Assembly (NCBI GenBank): GCA_028534125.1
Contig: CM052817.1
Location: forward strand, 52,950,001 to 53,014,000
Direction: 5' to 3'
DNA: 64,000 nucleotides
DNA from: Lama glama
Taxonomy: Eukaryota
Shown: piece by piece, positions 13,473 through 26,569 of the stretch
Numbering within the stretch: position 1 is the stretch's first letter
Layout: every line of letters begins with the position of its first letter
The notes under the pieces: model-generated
Database searches by the model: none
What the model was told of the DNA's origin: nothing
Seen by the model: only the letters and a program-made list of their open reading frames with translations
Translations under genes and position numbers: made by a program

Positions 13473-15759
13473 GAAGGCCCAGAGAATGGGTGCCAGCAGT
13501 TTCAACTGAAAAGCATCTGATCTGTCAGATATCCTCAAGGAACTGCTCTTTAATGTTGGGTACATCAAATTAGCAAAGGACACTAACATAATTTTTCTCC
13601 CATAGAAAAGATTTTATTCCATATAGTAACACTTCATTAACATTCCTCCTTCCTGTCCTGGTTTTGAAGTACAGATTTTTAAAAACCTGAGCAAAGAAGT
13701 CTTAGTTATTATTCTCTGAAAAGGACAAAGACCATTTAATGTTAATTTGAAACTAATTAATATGCTATAAATTATTTTATTCAGTAAGGCTTTTTAATTT
13801 AAATTTAATATATTTTGAAAAAGATTCCAGATTGACATAGTAGCAGGAGTGAAATATCACATCTCAATTGAGAATTAAAACGTTGATGAAAATGAGTAGC
13901 AGAATTATAAGCTAATGAATCTTGGGCAGTTAAAGAAGCAAGTCTATAAAAATATGAGACTCCAAATATGTTATGAAATTGTATACTTTAATGACTTCAT
14001 TTGGTTGTCAGGAATTTTCTTTGATATAAAAGTAACATTGTATACATGCAACGTAAATGCTGATTTTATTAGGATGCATACATATATTGGGATATGTTTT
14101 CATTTCCTCCTGGGAATGCCGCATGTTCCATAAATAGACCTGCTTTTCTCTCTCTTTTGCTCTCTCACTCTGGTGCTCCCTCGTGCTCTCTCTTTTCTTT
14201 CTCCTTCTTTTGTTCATCTCTCTCTTCCTGAGAAAACAGCTGGTCTTTCTATGATACTTCTCCCCTTTTACACTAAGGGTGTCTGATCAACATATTTAAT
14301 GATGTGTTTGACTTTATTTTCACAGCACAGTGATTATGTGATGACTTTGGGTAGTATTAATATCAGTGTAAGTTGTTAAAAAAAACTGAAAATAAATTAA
14401 TCTGTTCTGCTAATAACTTAGAATGCTTGACAGCTCTGATCAAACATCTGTGTCAGCCTTTTCTAGGATGAAGAGTTTAGCAGAATTTCTTTTATCAAGA
14501 AGAATTAGGGACATCCGCTTAAATATAGTTATGGAATATTTGATAAAAGATTCTCACAACCTTTAATACTCCATTATATACTTTGAATCTATAGAAGGCA
14601 CATAGTTTGTCCCTTCAGAAGAAAGTTTTTGTGTGTCTATCTTTCATATTAAGAATACTAAATGTAAATATTTCAAGACTAATATGAGAAATAAATATGC
14701 CTTAATTATCTAAAGCTAGATTAAAATTTACTTAACTAAGAATTCACATATATATTCATTTAGACAAAGAGAGGCATGTGGGAAAAAGACTAAAAGGAAT
14801 ACATGTAAGGGAAGTTGTGTTGATAGATAGATAGATTATACATAGATAGACAAAAATGTTGAGATTTAGGTGAGTTTATCCTATATGTGTATTTTTTTCT
14901 ATCGTTACTTTATTATGGGCTAAATGTGTGCTCCCTGGCCTTTCAAGTAGAACTGCAAAGAAGTCAATGGAAAATATCACTGATAATCTTCATAAATGGT
15001 AAATGCTGCTACCATTTTCTGAAGTATGTTGTTTCTGTGTTTAATTAGAGAAAGTTTTATCAGAAAAATTAAAAATCATTTTAAATATTCCCAGTAATAA
15101 GGGGTTTAATACAGGGCATCAGAGGCATTTGTAATGGTTGGTAGACTGAAGAGTAAAGGTCCTGAATTATCTTGGGAAATCCAGGGCGATGATTCTCCCC
15201 ACACTGTAACACAGAAGTGATTTGGGATTGTTTGCCAGAAGCCACTGCAAACTCACACTTTGCCAAGTTCCCCTGAAATTGTCTTCAGCTCTGATCTAAG
15301 AATAATTTTAATTTCTATTCTGTCTTCCAGATCTTCTGCAAATGTCTCTCATTGGCAGAATCATAATTTTGATTCTGCTCAGAAAACATCCTAGAGACTA
15401 ATGCTCTATCTTGCTCTACAGGAAAGATTACAAAAAGGAGAATTTAACAGTTGAAAAAAAATATTATACAGTGTACCTCTTTATTGGTATCTGTAAATTC
15501 TGTTCTCTGTCAAACTTGTAAACCATAATGATAAAACAGTGTATGTGCCTAACACATTTTAACTAACTTGTGTACAAATGAATACATGATCACTCTTTCT
15601 CCAACAACAGATTTAAAACTCCAGTGATTATATATATGTAAATTATATTGATCCCATTTCTAGTCCTTTTGCAACTGTGCCAACCTTAATGGCTATTGAC
15701 AGCTGTGTATAGTGGAAGTGATACAGCCGCCTTCTAGATGTAGATCCTGTGCCACTTCA

Positions 15760-16025
15760 GCCTGTCTCTCTGGATTCCTTGTACTGTAGCTCTGTGTCTT
15801 TGTATGAATTGTCTGACTGCTCTGTAAGCACCACAAATGGAACAACCACATGGAAAATCATTGAAACTACATGAAGAGATAGAGACAACCAGGCAGGGCC
15901 AGCTCCCATCTACTGCAGGCCCCTGCTATTCCAGCTCCAGCCACATGAGACAACCTGAGTGGAAATGGCTTAGTTAAGCCCATTCTAAATTCCTGAGCCC
16001 TAGAAATCATGAGAAATAATAACAC
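15760..16025 (+). mobile_element. Old MaLR LTR (MLT1F/G/H-like) fragment
   Basis: 'ccacatggaaa...ccagctccagccacatgagaca...aattcctgagccctagaaatcatgagaaataata'. Confidence 0.6.
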
Positions 16026-16089
16026 AAAATTCTTTACACTTAGAAAAATAGAAAATTTAAGAAGAAAATTGCTTCCTCTTTGTATTAAC

Positions 16090-16490
16090 CATGATTCTCT
16101 AGAGAAACAAAACCAATTCAGCAAAGTGAATACAGGAAAATTTTTAAATCAACTGCTTTTCTCTATTTGTATTAAAATAAAATACCTAGGAAAGCAAAGT
16201 ATCTCATATATGGTATCAATAAAATTGTAAAATCTTTGTAGTAAGCTTTATAAAAATGTTATGTGGCACATATTCAAAATATAAAATCTTCAAAGGGCAT
16301 AAAATCAGATGTTCTTAGATGGGAAAACTTAATATAAAAATTCCAGTATTCCCAAATTAAGGCAATTCATGTTATTCATTCAGTAGTTCAACAGTTTTTT
16401 GTTGTTGCTTCTGCTGTTACTGAGGTAGATGATCTGAAAGTATATATGAAATAAGAAACATCTAAGAATAGCTGCAGTATGTTTGAAAAG
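16090..16490 (+). mobile_element. Ancient L1 (L1M/L1ME) ORF2 fragment
   Basis: 'ttcagcaaagtgaatacagg...aaatcaactgcttttctctat...aaaataaaatacctaggaa' resembles the RT C-terminal region. Confidence 0.55.
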
Positions 16491-16499
16491 CATTATTCA

Positions 16500-16822
16500 G
16501 TCAGGTCACTTTTATGTGACTCTCAGCCTAGCTGGTCACCCAGTGCATGTTTTTCTCTTGAAAGTGGCAGAACGAAAAGAAGGAAAATGCTCAACATGCA
16601 AATATATTGAAATTATCTGCTTGTTCCGTGTTGGCTAATATCCCATTGCCCAAAACATAGCATTATCAAGACAAAGGTCAAGGGACAAACATGAGGGTGA
16701 TAACCAGCAATAAAACAGAAGCATCAGTATTGGTAAGTCTTTTCTTCAGCATTTTCTTCCATGGAGGTGGGAGAAGAGAATAGAGAGTGAAACTTGCTGA
16801 ACAATATTCTAATCCACCAGAG
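16500..16822 (-). mobile_element. Old MaLR LTR (MLT1J/K-like)
   Basis: 'ctaatatcccattgcccaaaaca' and end 'ttgctgaacaatattctaatccacca'. Confidence 0.5.
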
Positions 16823-17021
16823 TGGAATAACATGGGGTCCTTGGACGTGGACAAATTTGGAAAGATTGCATTTCACGTATACTTAAATTTAGACCTTTCT
16901 TTGGACTAGGAATGCTCCTGTTTTACTCTTGGTTATCATCAGCAAGACTCTGGGCTTTTGAAATAACCCCTCTTCCAACTGTCCTCAATTCCAATCTTCT
17001 CTTCCCTCTAGCTCATCCTAT

Positions 17022-17170
17022 ATAGCAGTGCTTCTCCAGCTTTAGAAGTGTATAAAAATCACCTAAAATGTGGATTCCAATACAGTAATGCTGGACAGTC
17101 CCGAGAGTCTCCTGTCCAAATCCCAAGAGATGCTTATGTTGCTGACTGTGGACCAACCTTTAATTAGGAA
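17022..17170. mobile_element. MER5-like hAT MITE
   Basis: 'cagtgcttctccagcttt...aatcacct...tgcttatgttgctgactgtggaccaaccttt'. Confidence 0.55.
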
Positions 17171-17199
17171 GACTTCATCCTGTTTTCAAATGGTCTTTC

Positions 17200-17201
<2 letters not shown>

Positions 17202-17237
<36 letters not shown>
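17202..17237. repeat. (CA)n microsatellite
   Basis: Read directly. Confidence 0.95.
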
Positions 17238-17240
<3 letters not shown>

Positions 17241-17689
17241 CGAACTCATCAAGTCTTTGCCTTAATTTTTTAATTGGGTTCCTGTAATTACAGGGTAAAA
17301 TTCAATTGCACACATCTTCCTCACTCCTTTTTCCGTGGAGCTTCTCACGGTGGCAGTTATAAGCTCTTTGATACTTCCCTCATCTTAAATTAACAAACAC
17401 TGACTGACCCATTCTTCTAAAGGGAACTCATGTGCCTATTATAAATGCCATGGTACCATCAAACAGTGTAGTCACTCAATTTTTCATTCTTTAAAAAACA
17501 GGTTTGTACATTTGTTTGATTATATGCTTGCCCTAGTTGTCAGACTGTATGTTCTAGCAGAAGAGCAACTCTACTTTATATATTTGTACCAGCAGAATCT
17601 AGTATGTGGGCCTGGCACACAGTAACTTCCCAGAGGTATGTGTATCATCCAAGTGATGTTATATTTATATGTTTATTATTATTATTTCA

Positions 17690-18290
17690 TACACAGTCAA
17701 GTACCTATTAAGTGCCAGGCACTGAGAGATTACAGGAAGTACAAGGATGAGCAAAGATCACTTCCCCCTGAAAATTCACAGTCCAGTGGGAGCGATAAGC
17801 ATAAATAAATAATCACACTAATAAGTATATCATTACAGACTCTGAGACGTACCATGAAGAAAAAGAAAAAAGTATGATAAAGACATATGGCAATGAGGGC
17901 TGATTTAGTGGGAAAGCACCAGTTACGGTTCTCTGGAGAAGTATTATTATAGAATCCTAAAGTATAAGTAGTATGAAAAATAGCAAGAGGATTGGAGGAG
18001 TGTTCTAGACTGAGAAAACAATAAGAATTGAGATTTTCAGTTAGGAAAGTGCTTGGGATATTACATGAGTGAAGTAGTTGTAACGTTGCGCCTTGAGCAC
18101 ACAGAGTGGGGGTTGCAGTAAAAGCAAATGAATTTGAAATGTTTGGTGAAGGCAGATAGCCAAATTGTGCAAGCTTCTTCCCTCTATCTGAAGGAATTTG
18201 AATTCCACTTATCTTTTTGAATGGGAAGCAAAGGAAATATTTTATTCAGGACATTGACGTATTATAGAAAGTATCATTCTGCCAATAAAA
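17690..18290 (-). mobile_element. LINE-2 remnant
   Basis: 'agtacctattaagtgccaggcactg...aaattcacagtccagtgggag' matches the L2 3' region in reverse. Confidence 0.6.
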
Positions 18291-18336
18291 TGGGTTATGA
18301 AATAGCAGGAAGCTTATAGTATGCTTATTGGAATAA

Positions 18337-18391
18337 CACCTTACACCAGTCAGAATGGCCATCATTACGAAGTCCACAAACAATAAATGCT
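18337..18391 (+). mobile_element. Isolated ~55-bp L1 ORF2 fragment
   Basis: Translates HLTPVRMAIITKSTNNKC; homologous to the reverse complement of ~5831-5886 in the window's own L1. Confidence 0.8.
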
Positions 18392-20499
18392 ATTACAGAA
18401 GCTTTGGTTCCAGCAATATGGGTCTATCAGAATTTCAGTCAACGAGGACCACACGTTGCTCATTCAGTATATCAAATGTTTAAAGAAATGAATACTGCTA
18501 TAATCTTCATTCTGTTATAACTCTTGCACCAACATAGAAAGGCTAAAATTTATGTTGCATTGTTCTACATAGTAGTAGAAATTTTAACAACCCTTCTGTA
18601 GGTTTTAAATCTGGGGCTAATGGATACCAGTAACATGGAATAACATGCTCAGACTTCTGATTAAACATGGAAAATTAATACATGCTTGTACCTCCTCTTC
18701 CTTCCAAATTTCATTCTAAGGGACAAAGAGAATGAAAGGGACAATAGGTGACGAGAGATATCAGTACCAGTTTTTAAAGGGTAAAATTAGAAGGAAGAAT
18801 CAGTAACTCAACGTAGAAGAGTAGAAAAAGATGAAACCTAAATGCTGTCCACAATAGATATCTTATGACTCAAGGCAATTTATCCTGAAGAGGTTCAGAG
18901 AAGATCAAGAATTAGAGGGTTTAGGTATCTCAGGAGGCACGGTAGTTGTGGAACAGACATAGGTAAATCCACCCAAGAATAAATTAGAAGTGAGAGGTTA
19001 GTTAATGAGGCTGTACCTAGCAGAATCTGGTAGCTCCAGCAATCAGGAAACTTGAATATCTCTGGATCTGGGGCAATGGTCATAAGAAAATACTCCCAGA
19101 ATCTGACAAACTAAATGTTGGAATAAAGAGTAGAACATTCAGTCTATGGACTCCATGAACTCTTTTATTAAAAGTAATATCTTACAGATTTTTGTTTTGA
19201 ATTCTAGAGTTTCTTTTAGATAATGTACTCTAATTAAGAAGAAGGATAGCTCAACAAGGGGGTAGGTGATGGACATGTATTGCATTTTTCCAATATATTC
19301 ATGGTGTAGTGAATGGTAGAGAGAGAAAAAGATAGAGATGTCTCTCATTTTACAATTAAAATATTTTACGTGGTAGAAATTTGATTTGTTCAATATTGTT
19401 CAAAAGCTGAGTTATAGTAAGAACCACTCCTTTTACTCGGTATAGTATCTATTAAAATTTTTCTCTCCAGAGGAATCTTTTCATGAAATGACTTTAAAAG
19501 TTATACAAGACAGTAAAACTCCCAAAGCAGCAGAGTCTGTTCTGCTTAAAAGAAACTTCTCATTCTGTGGAATGACAGAACATAAGCACACACATCCAGA
19601 ACAACAAAAGTCAAAAAGCTTGACTCGCCGGGTTCCTATTCTCATTGGTCCCACAACAGATGCCATAGATAGCCATTTATACAAACACAAAATGCAATTG
19701 ACAAAAACTAATATTGATGCTAATTTGAATCACAAATACACATACACATGCACCTTCATTTCACCTTCATGTATATTTCACCTTCATTTAACTTGAGATG
19801 ACAGGAAATTCTTGAGGAGAAATCTGTGGTTTCATTTTCACGTGCAAATATTCAGGAAGCAACAGGATATTTCTTTTGTTTTCAAAGGGCAGTTTTTTCC
19901 TCTTGCCTACTGAAATCCGTGATTTTAACCTTATATGTTCCACAGTCTGACTTCAAATATATAGCTTTGTGCTAACTTTGTATTATAAAATATGACTTAA
20001 ATGTATGCATGATCTTTCTATGCTATGGGCTGAGCCATTGAGAAGTCTTTGTTGTGAAACACATTTATTTATAAGGTTGGACATATGGCATTAAAAAATA
20101 AAGATTTTTTAAAAGCATATATTAACTATTTGAAATACATCAGAAAAGTGCAGAAAAGTGGATATAATAACATGAAAGAATATCATTGCATTCATTAGGA
20201 AAACCAACAAATATACATATATATGATAAATATATATACATGATACTATAATGAAATTGACATGCACATATACATGGTTAGTGTCAAATTAGAAATATTT
20301 GCATGGGGGCAGTTTAAAGGATATCACATTAGAATATTTAATAGAGCATATTTAAATACTGCAAATATATAATTTGGTCATGAATACCAATCAAACAATT
20401 TAATTACAGTTGTTTCTAACTTTTTATTAGCACCATATAAAGTCCTGGGACTTGTGTCCTATGTTTTTTTTTCTTTCCATAAACTGAAATTTGAAGTCA

Positions 20500-20680
20500 G
20501 TCAAGCCATTGTTCCACAATTTTCTTGTGGTGTGTGCTTGGGTACTTTAACTTAACTGTTCTGTGCCTCAGTTGTCTTCTCTGCATAACGGAGATAAATT
20601 CTCTCTCACAAAGTTCTTAAGGTTCAAATGAGTTAAGATACTAAAGACATATGGCAAATGATAAATGTTATTGTTATTGC
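20500..20680 (+). mobile_element. MIR SINE remnant
   Basis: 'tgtgtgcttgggtac...ctgtgcctcagttgtcttctctgcataacggagataa...aaatgagttaa'. Confidence 0.65.
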
Positions 20681-20999
20681 TGTTGAATACATATAAGGAA
20701 AATAAAAAAATATTTTATACTAGCCTTATTTGTCTCCAAACATTTTACCATAGTACTAGAATATATATTTGAAAACAAATTCCATTCTTTCAGGAATATA
20801 TAAAGGAGTATAGTGTCTTTTGATTAAAAAAAAAAAAAAGGAAGCTAAAGTAGACTAATGTTGAGGCCAGAATGCTTGTAATTGTCAAAATGAGGAGAAC
20901 ACCTTTGTATCTGACCAATGATAGTCTTCGTAGTAGACTTTTAGATCAGTCATTGCTTATACATTTAAATTTACTTTAAACTCATATATGTATATTTAA

Positions 21000-22415
21000 A
21001 TTATATCTTCAAAAATTATTTTATTAAATATTGAGTACCAAGGATGATAAATGTAAATCATATGTTAATAGCAAGGTTAAAATGAACGTCAGTTTAACAG
21101 TTACATATATATATATCAAAATTAAGGAGCAGACTAGTATGCTTTGAAACCACCTGTGTGCTCTTACCAGAGAACAACCAGTGTATCAAATACACTGCTT
21201 ATCGCTACTTTTTTTTTATTGACCTCTCTCTGTCTCACATATACACACAAATACTGATTATTTTTGCATGTTTTAAAATTATAAATAGAATTGTATTTTC
21301 TACATACTGTAGCAACTTTATTTTATGCTTGATATTATATATGTGAAATTTGTATTTATTATTATATACAGTTTAGTTCCAGGTATTTTATTTTCATTAC
21401 TACATAGTATACTAGTATGCATAATAATTTATGTTTTGTAAGATTCTTTTCCATTTTCATTGTAATAAGCATTGCTCACTTCAAATTCTTATCTATGTCA
21501 CTTACATACACATGTATAGGAGTACCATATTCTATACACTTGTATAGAGTAGTGTTTTCTAGTCCGACTCACCACACTTCAGAGGGTCACCAAGGTAATG
21601 TAGAAGGTTATGTCATAATTGGTGAATGGAATGGGGTGGATTAAAAATGAACAGAAAAAAGTAAACCATGCAATAGTTTCATTGTTCATCTCAAATTGTT
21701 AGGGCAAATATTATTTCATTGAACTTTTGTTTATACACATACAAGTATTGTGGAAGTATCTTATTATCCTTCTGTTACACACAGAATTATTTGTAATGGA
21801 CACAAATAATTGTAAGCATGTATGGGTTTACAATGTTATAATATTAAATGCATTTCTTACTATAAGTCATCACTAAGTTAAAAAAAAACTGCTCTAGTTC
21901 ATATGCCCAGAAGTGGAATTGCTGAGTAATAGAAGTATTGTTTAATTTATTAAAAAAGACCACATTGTCATCTAAAATATTGGCATAAGTTATTTACACC
22001 ACCCAATATAAGTTTACATTTATGCCTCGGATGTAAATTTATGACTGTTTTAAATACTTGGCAGTGATTGATACTCTCAGGCTTTAAAAAGTTTTATCAA
22101 ACAGAGATAGGGAAAAATGCTATCAGTTACTTTGATTTCTAGTTTGTTTACTTCTAATGATGGTAAGCATCTTTTTTATATGCCTGATGGCTATTCAAGT
22201 TTTCTCTTGAATGAATAATCTAAGTTTTTAAAATATTTTACATAAATTGATTTTGTATTTGTAGGCATCCTAGTTATATAATGGAAGCTATTACTTTTTT
22301 AGTTTTATGCCTGATATTATGTCTATTTTAGGTCGTCTGTTCATTTCCTTTATGCTATACTTAGATAAACAGAATACCTTTGGTTTTAATATAGACACTT
22401 TTTAGTCTTTCTCTT
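21000..22415 (-). mobile_element. Ancient L1 (L1ME-like) 3' region, fragmented
   Basis: 'cccagaagtggaattgctgagt', 'ctaatgatggtaagcatcttttt', 'ggctattcaagttttctc' resemble the L1 ORF2 C-terminus and 3'UTR in reverse. Confidence 0.55.
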
Positions 22416-22904
22416 TAAGAGAGATTGAATTCACAGCTGGACTAGGGAAACTATATCCTGAGAAGCCTGAATATCCAGCTGTTAACTCTTGGCTCTTACA
22501 AGGGCAGGGTACTTTATGATGTGCCATTTGAAGTCCAAACCTCCCTGATGAGTTTGCAATTTCCCAGGGCTAGTCTTTTGTTTTATTTGTTTGTTTGTTT
22601 GTTTTTAAAGATAGGGTAACAATTTAATTGTCCTTGATTTGGAATGCACAGTGAAAGTCTTTATTTACTCAGCCACTTCTGGGCCACCAGAGGTTCTATT
22701 TCATCTCAATCCTTGTTAAATATTTCATTAATTGTTCTTGGGCATCTTTCCTTACGTAAGAAGCTCAGTTTACTGAACATAATCTTATCCCTCTTTGAGG
22801 ACTAAGAATCTTGCAATATCAAATTGGTGTTTTTTAATGAAGAGAACATTAATTCTCTTCTAAGCATCCTGATTGTGTGTTCCACTTGCTCTGTGGTGAA
22901 CTGG

Positions 22905-23115
22905 GGGTTAAATGGACTGGTGATGATGACACTTAACTCCACCACTTAACTAGCTGGATTGACTGGGACAAGTAGTTACCAGTCTGAGTTTATGAGCCCT
23001 AGTGTCCTCATGTGAAAATGAAACTAATAATTATTTTGCTATGATCAGAGATAATGCGTGTAAAGCCCGTAGTATAATAGCATCTGCTACATAGGAAGCA
23101 CTGAACAAATAACTT
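22905..23115 (+). mobile_element. MIR SINE
   Basis: 'ctccaccacttaactagctg...ctgggacaagt...cctcatgtgaaaatgaa...gagataatgcgtgtaaagc'. Confidence 0.7.
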
Positions 23116-23186
23116 CTTTATTCTCACTTTGTAATAAGATGAAGTATATGTTGATACCAAGACGTACCCTAGAAATGCTAATTGCT

Positions 23187-23643
23187 TGTAGTGAATACTG
23201 AAGTGGCTTCCCAGGTCCCCTCCTTGAGGCCAGGCTCTCCCCCAGATACTGATGGATCACAGTTGTGCTCTTCTGTTAGGCATTATCTACCAACATCAGG
23301 AACTTCAGGACTAGTTTTGTCACTGATGGTTTTCAGCTGGTATAACTGGTTAGGCAGCCTGGCTTGAATATGTGATCAGAGGACCATAAAAACCCAACAG
23401 GCAAATCCATTCTGTGTTGAATTTTTCTGAAATCAAGATTCATTGTACAATTATTGGTGGTTCAATTTGGGGACAAAGACCATCTGTGTGTGAATAAGGA
23501 TTCTGAGAGCTTGCACCTGCTTGTCTTTTGAATCCCATTGCTTTCCTGTATTCTTTTTGTTGCTTTAAAATAAGCCTTATGTGAAGATGTTGTGTACAAC
23601 TTTTGAGACATTTTTAAAGATCAAAATTTATGGAATCTTTGCA
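23187..23643 (+). mobile_element. 5' LTR of an ERV-L-like provirus
   Basis: Begins TGTAG, ends TGCA, and is followed directly by a degenerate PBS and pro/pol-like sequence. Confidence 0.6.
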
Positions 23644-23645
23644 GT

Positions 23646-23663
23646 TGGCAATGAAAGTGGGAT
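23646..23663 (+). other. Degenerate primer-binding site, tRNA-Leu type
   Basis: TGGCAATGAAAGTGGGAT versus TGGTGTCAGAAGTGGGAT (12/18), 2 nt after the LTR end. Confidence 0.45.
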
Positions 23664-26569
23664 ATTTGAAGCCATCCCTGCCAATATAATTTAAATAATG
23701 ATGGATAAGACAAGGTTTGGGAGAAATAAAGTCAAGGGGGAGGGATCATTGTTTCCAGGTTGACTTTCTGGCCATTGCTGGGTTTAGGCTGTGCACACAC
23801 TACATCCATTGACAAGAGGAAAACTGTAAATGAGACATTAAGTTCATATCCGGGCAGGGGTAGGTGGATAGTTAAATGTATCACAAAACAAATTTTTAAG
23901 AAAGGGAACTCAGCCAAGAATGTGCTGTATTTTTTTAATGTGTTCTAGTGAAAGTGATGGTAGCAGAGCAGCAGCTAGCTAGAGCTACAACACTATGACC
24001 TGTACTTTCTGTATGATATTAAGATTTTCACTGTTTCTGTTCCCCTCACCAAGTGATGATTGATGCTCTGATAAAAGGGACTCTAATTATTTGTGCCCCA
24101 TATTAATTTTATTGTTGAGGAGAAAAGATGATGTGTGGGAAGCTGTTAGGGATTTTAAGCCCCAAATGGAGCTAAATAATGGGAACTTTTTCAGGATTAT
24201 GCAAACGAAAGGGAGCAATAAGAAAGGAAAAGTGTGAAAAACCCTGAGATAATTAAACTATTACTCAGGAGTTGAAAATGACATTAAAAAAAAAAAGGAA
24301 GAAATAGATGGAGTGGCTACTAAACTTTTAATGGATGACTATTAGAGACTAAGTCATCAAGCCCAACCAACTGCTCAGTTTGTTAAAGGACCATGAAAAA
24401 TTCACTTACTTTATCTTGGCCTTGATTCGTTTTTAAAAATCTGATGATTATAGAAAACTGAGTCTACCATTCTTTCAGAGTCAATGCCAGTTAAAATGGG
24501 AGGGAATCAAGATTCTGAAGGCAAGAGGGCCAGGGTCTTGGCACAATCCTTAGTAGGGGATCCAAGGTCATTTACATTGAGATGGGTACAATGGCCTGGG
24601 GCTGATGAAAAAAAAAAAAGTATTACAGTTGCTGGAAACTGGTGTTAGTGTACTGTCCTTTATAAACTTGCTAATGAAAAGTTAGAGTATAGTATTGGTT
24701 CAACATTGCCAGAATGTGTTATTTATAATGTGATATCTAAATGGAGGAGTTCTTCCTTATCCAATATATAGGAAAAAAGGAATGATAGGGGCAATTCTGC
24801 TTTTCAGATTGTTTTGATTGGACACTCTACATGGGAACACTTCGAATAATCTAAATGTACTCAGGTGCTTCATTTAAAACAATTTAAGATACCTGGGGCT
24901 ATAAATATTCTGGTTTAATAAAGGAACTATTGGATGCAAATATGTTAGTATCACAGAACTCCTTGTTTAATAATCCAGCCTGGCTCCTAAAAAGCTGATG
25001 AATTTTGAAAGATAACTATGTCATAGAGGATAGCATAAAGTGGTGCCTTCAAAAGCATCAGCTGTACCGATATGGTATCAACAATTCAAAATATGCCACA
25101 AACTAAAGGACATAGCTTGCTTGGTTTGGCTCTTACCTTCTTTTCCATTTCTATTTAAAACAAAGTTGAAACTGATTTACGTTCATCTGGATTGGCTCTA
25201 ATATGCATTCACTGTTTAACCACAAGACTATCTAATTTCTCTTGCTGATTGCCACAACATGGTGAGAAGAGCTATATATTGGATTTAGTCAGAAAGTACT
25301 GTTATTCATTGTATTAATTATACAATGTTGATGTCTCAATCTGAAGACTAAGCCAAGAAATAATTAAGAATACTTATTAATCATATACCCAGCAGAGGAT
25401 GGATAATTAACCCAAATAAAATACAGAGCTCAGAACAGTATAAAACTTCTTGGCATCACTTAAATAGGGAGCAATGGAGACATTGCTCAGACAATCAAAA
25501 ATAAGTTATTATCTCTGTTAGCTCCAAAATCAATCAAGAGGGATGCAGATTTTGGGGTTGTTTAGTTTCTAAAGATACCTTATGACACACTTAGGACTTT
25601 ATTAGTAGCTATTCCAAGTTACCAGAAAAAGTTAAATCTTACTTTATTTTCCAAGAGCAAGCTTTCTTGGGGCTTAAAATAGCATGGTGCAATCCAACAT
25701 GTACAGACCCCATGCTCAAATGATCTTGGAAGTGCCTGAAACTTATGGCTGCAGTGATCAGACATCAGACGAAAGCCTGTAAGTACCACCCAGGAGGGAT
25801 CATTGGGATTTTGGACAAATTTACTGCTGCAGTTTTAACTTTAAAAATAGTATATAACTTTAAGAAGTTCTTGTAACTTCTTATACACTATTCAAAAGCA
25901 ATTGCTAGCTTGTTATTGGGATTTAGTTGCAACTGCTGTTACAAAGGGATAAATATTATCTTGAGACTCAAGATACCCATTGTGTCAAAACACCTGTTCA
26001 ATTCCTGACTTATCAACATTATGTGTCTTACTACAATAGAGCATTTTTTTTCGTAGATAGAGGGAAATTGCTAAGGTAAAGAATATGTGCAAAACAGAAA
26101 CCAATATTAGTTTAGGGGTAATTTGATGGCACACATTCTTGTTTCTCATAGCTCCCATGGCTGCCAAGAATGCCTGTGAGAAACCTTTTGGCACACTCAA
26201 ACTAAATTATATTCTGATAACTTCAGCCCATATAATAATTGCCCTGGGAAATTCAACATTTTGAATCCAAAATATGTACTCAATTTGTAATTATTAACCA
26301 TACATTCTAAAGCAATAACATATTTGGTAAATAAACTAACATTTACCAAAATATCCAACCTAAAAGGGCTCTGGGAGAAACTGTCACAGGTCTAGGAGTC
26401 CTTGGGCAAGCCAAAATTGCCTTCACTAAAGAGAGACACACTGAGGAAAAAGTCTAACTGGCCTTTATTGGCCGCTTAAAATGGGGATTTATTTCAGGAG
26501 AAAGGAAAAGGATGCAGATAGCCTAGACAGATTACGCTTCTTTGAAAAATGGATAAAGTAACCTCAAAG
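23664..26569 (+). mobile_element. Decayed class III (ERV-L-like) internal region: gag(?)-pro-pol, cut by the assembly gap
   Basis: Hand translation: LLETGV at 24629 (LLDTGA protease motif), NSLFNNPAW at ~24957, PQDYLISLADCHNMVRR at ~25220 (LPQGY), VIHCINYTML at 25301 (HYIDD), RGWIINPNKIQ at 25394, KQLLACYWDLV at 25896, A*TD at ~26521 (RNase H WFTDGS). Confidence 0.85.

Noticed and set aside
14338..14440. Box C/D snoRNA (GTGATGA...CTGA)
   Set aside because: No proper terminal stem, no recognisable rRNA guide or host gene, and such motifs are frequent by chance.
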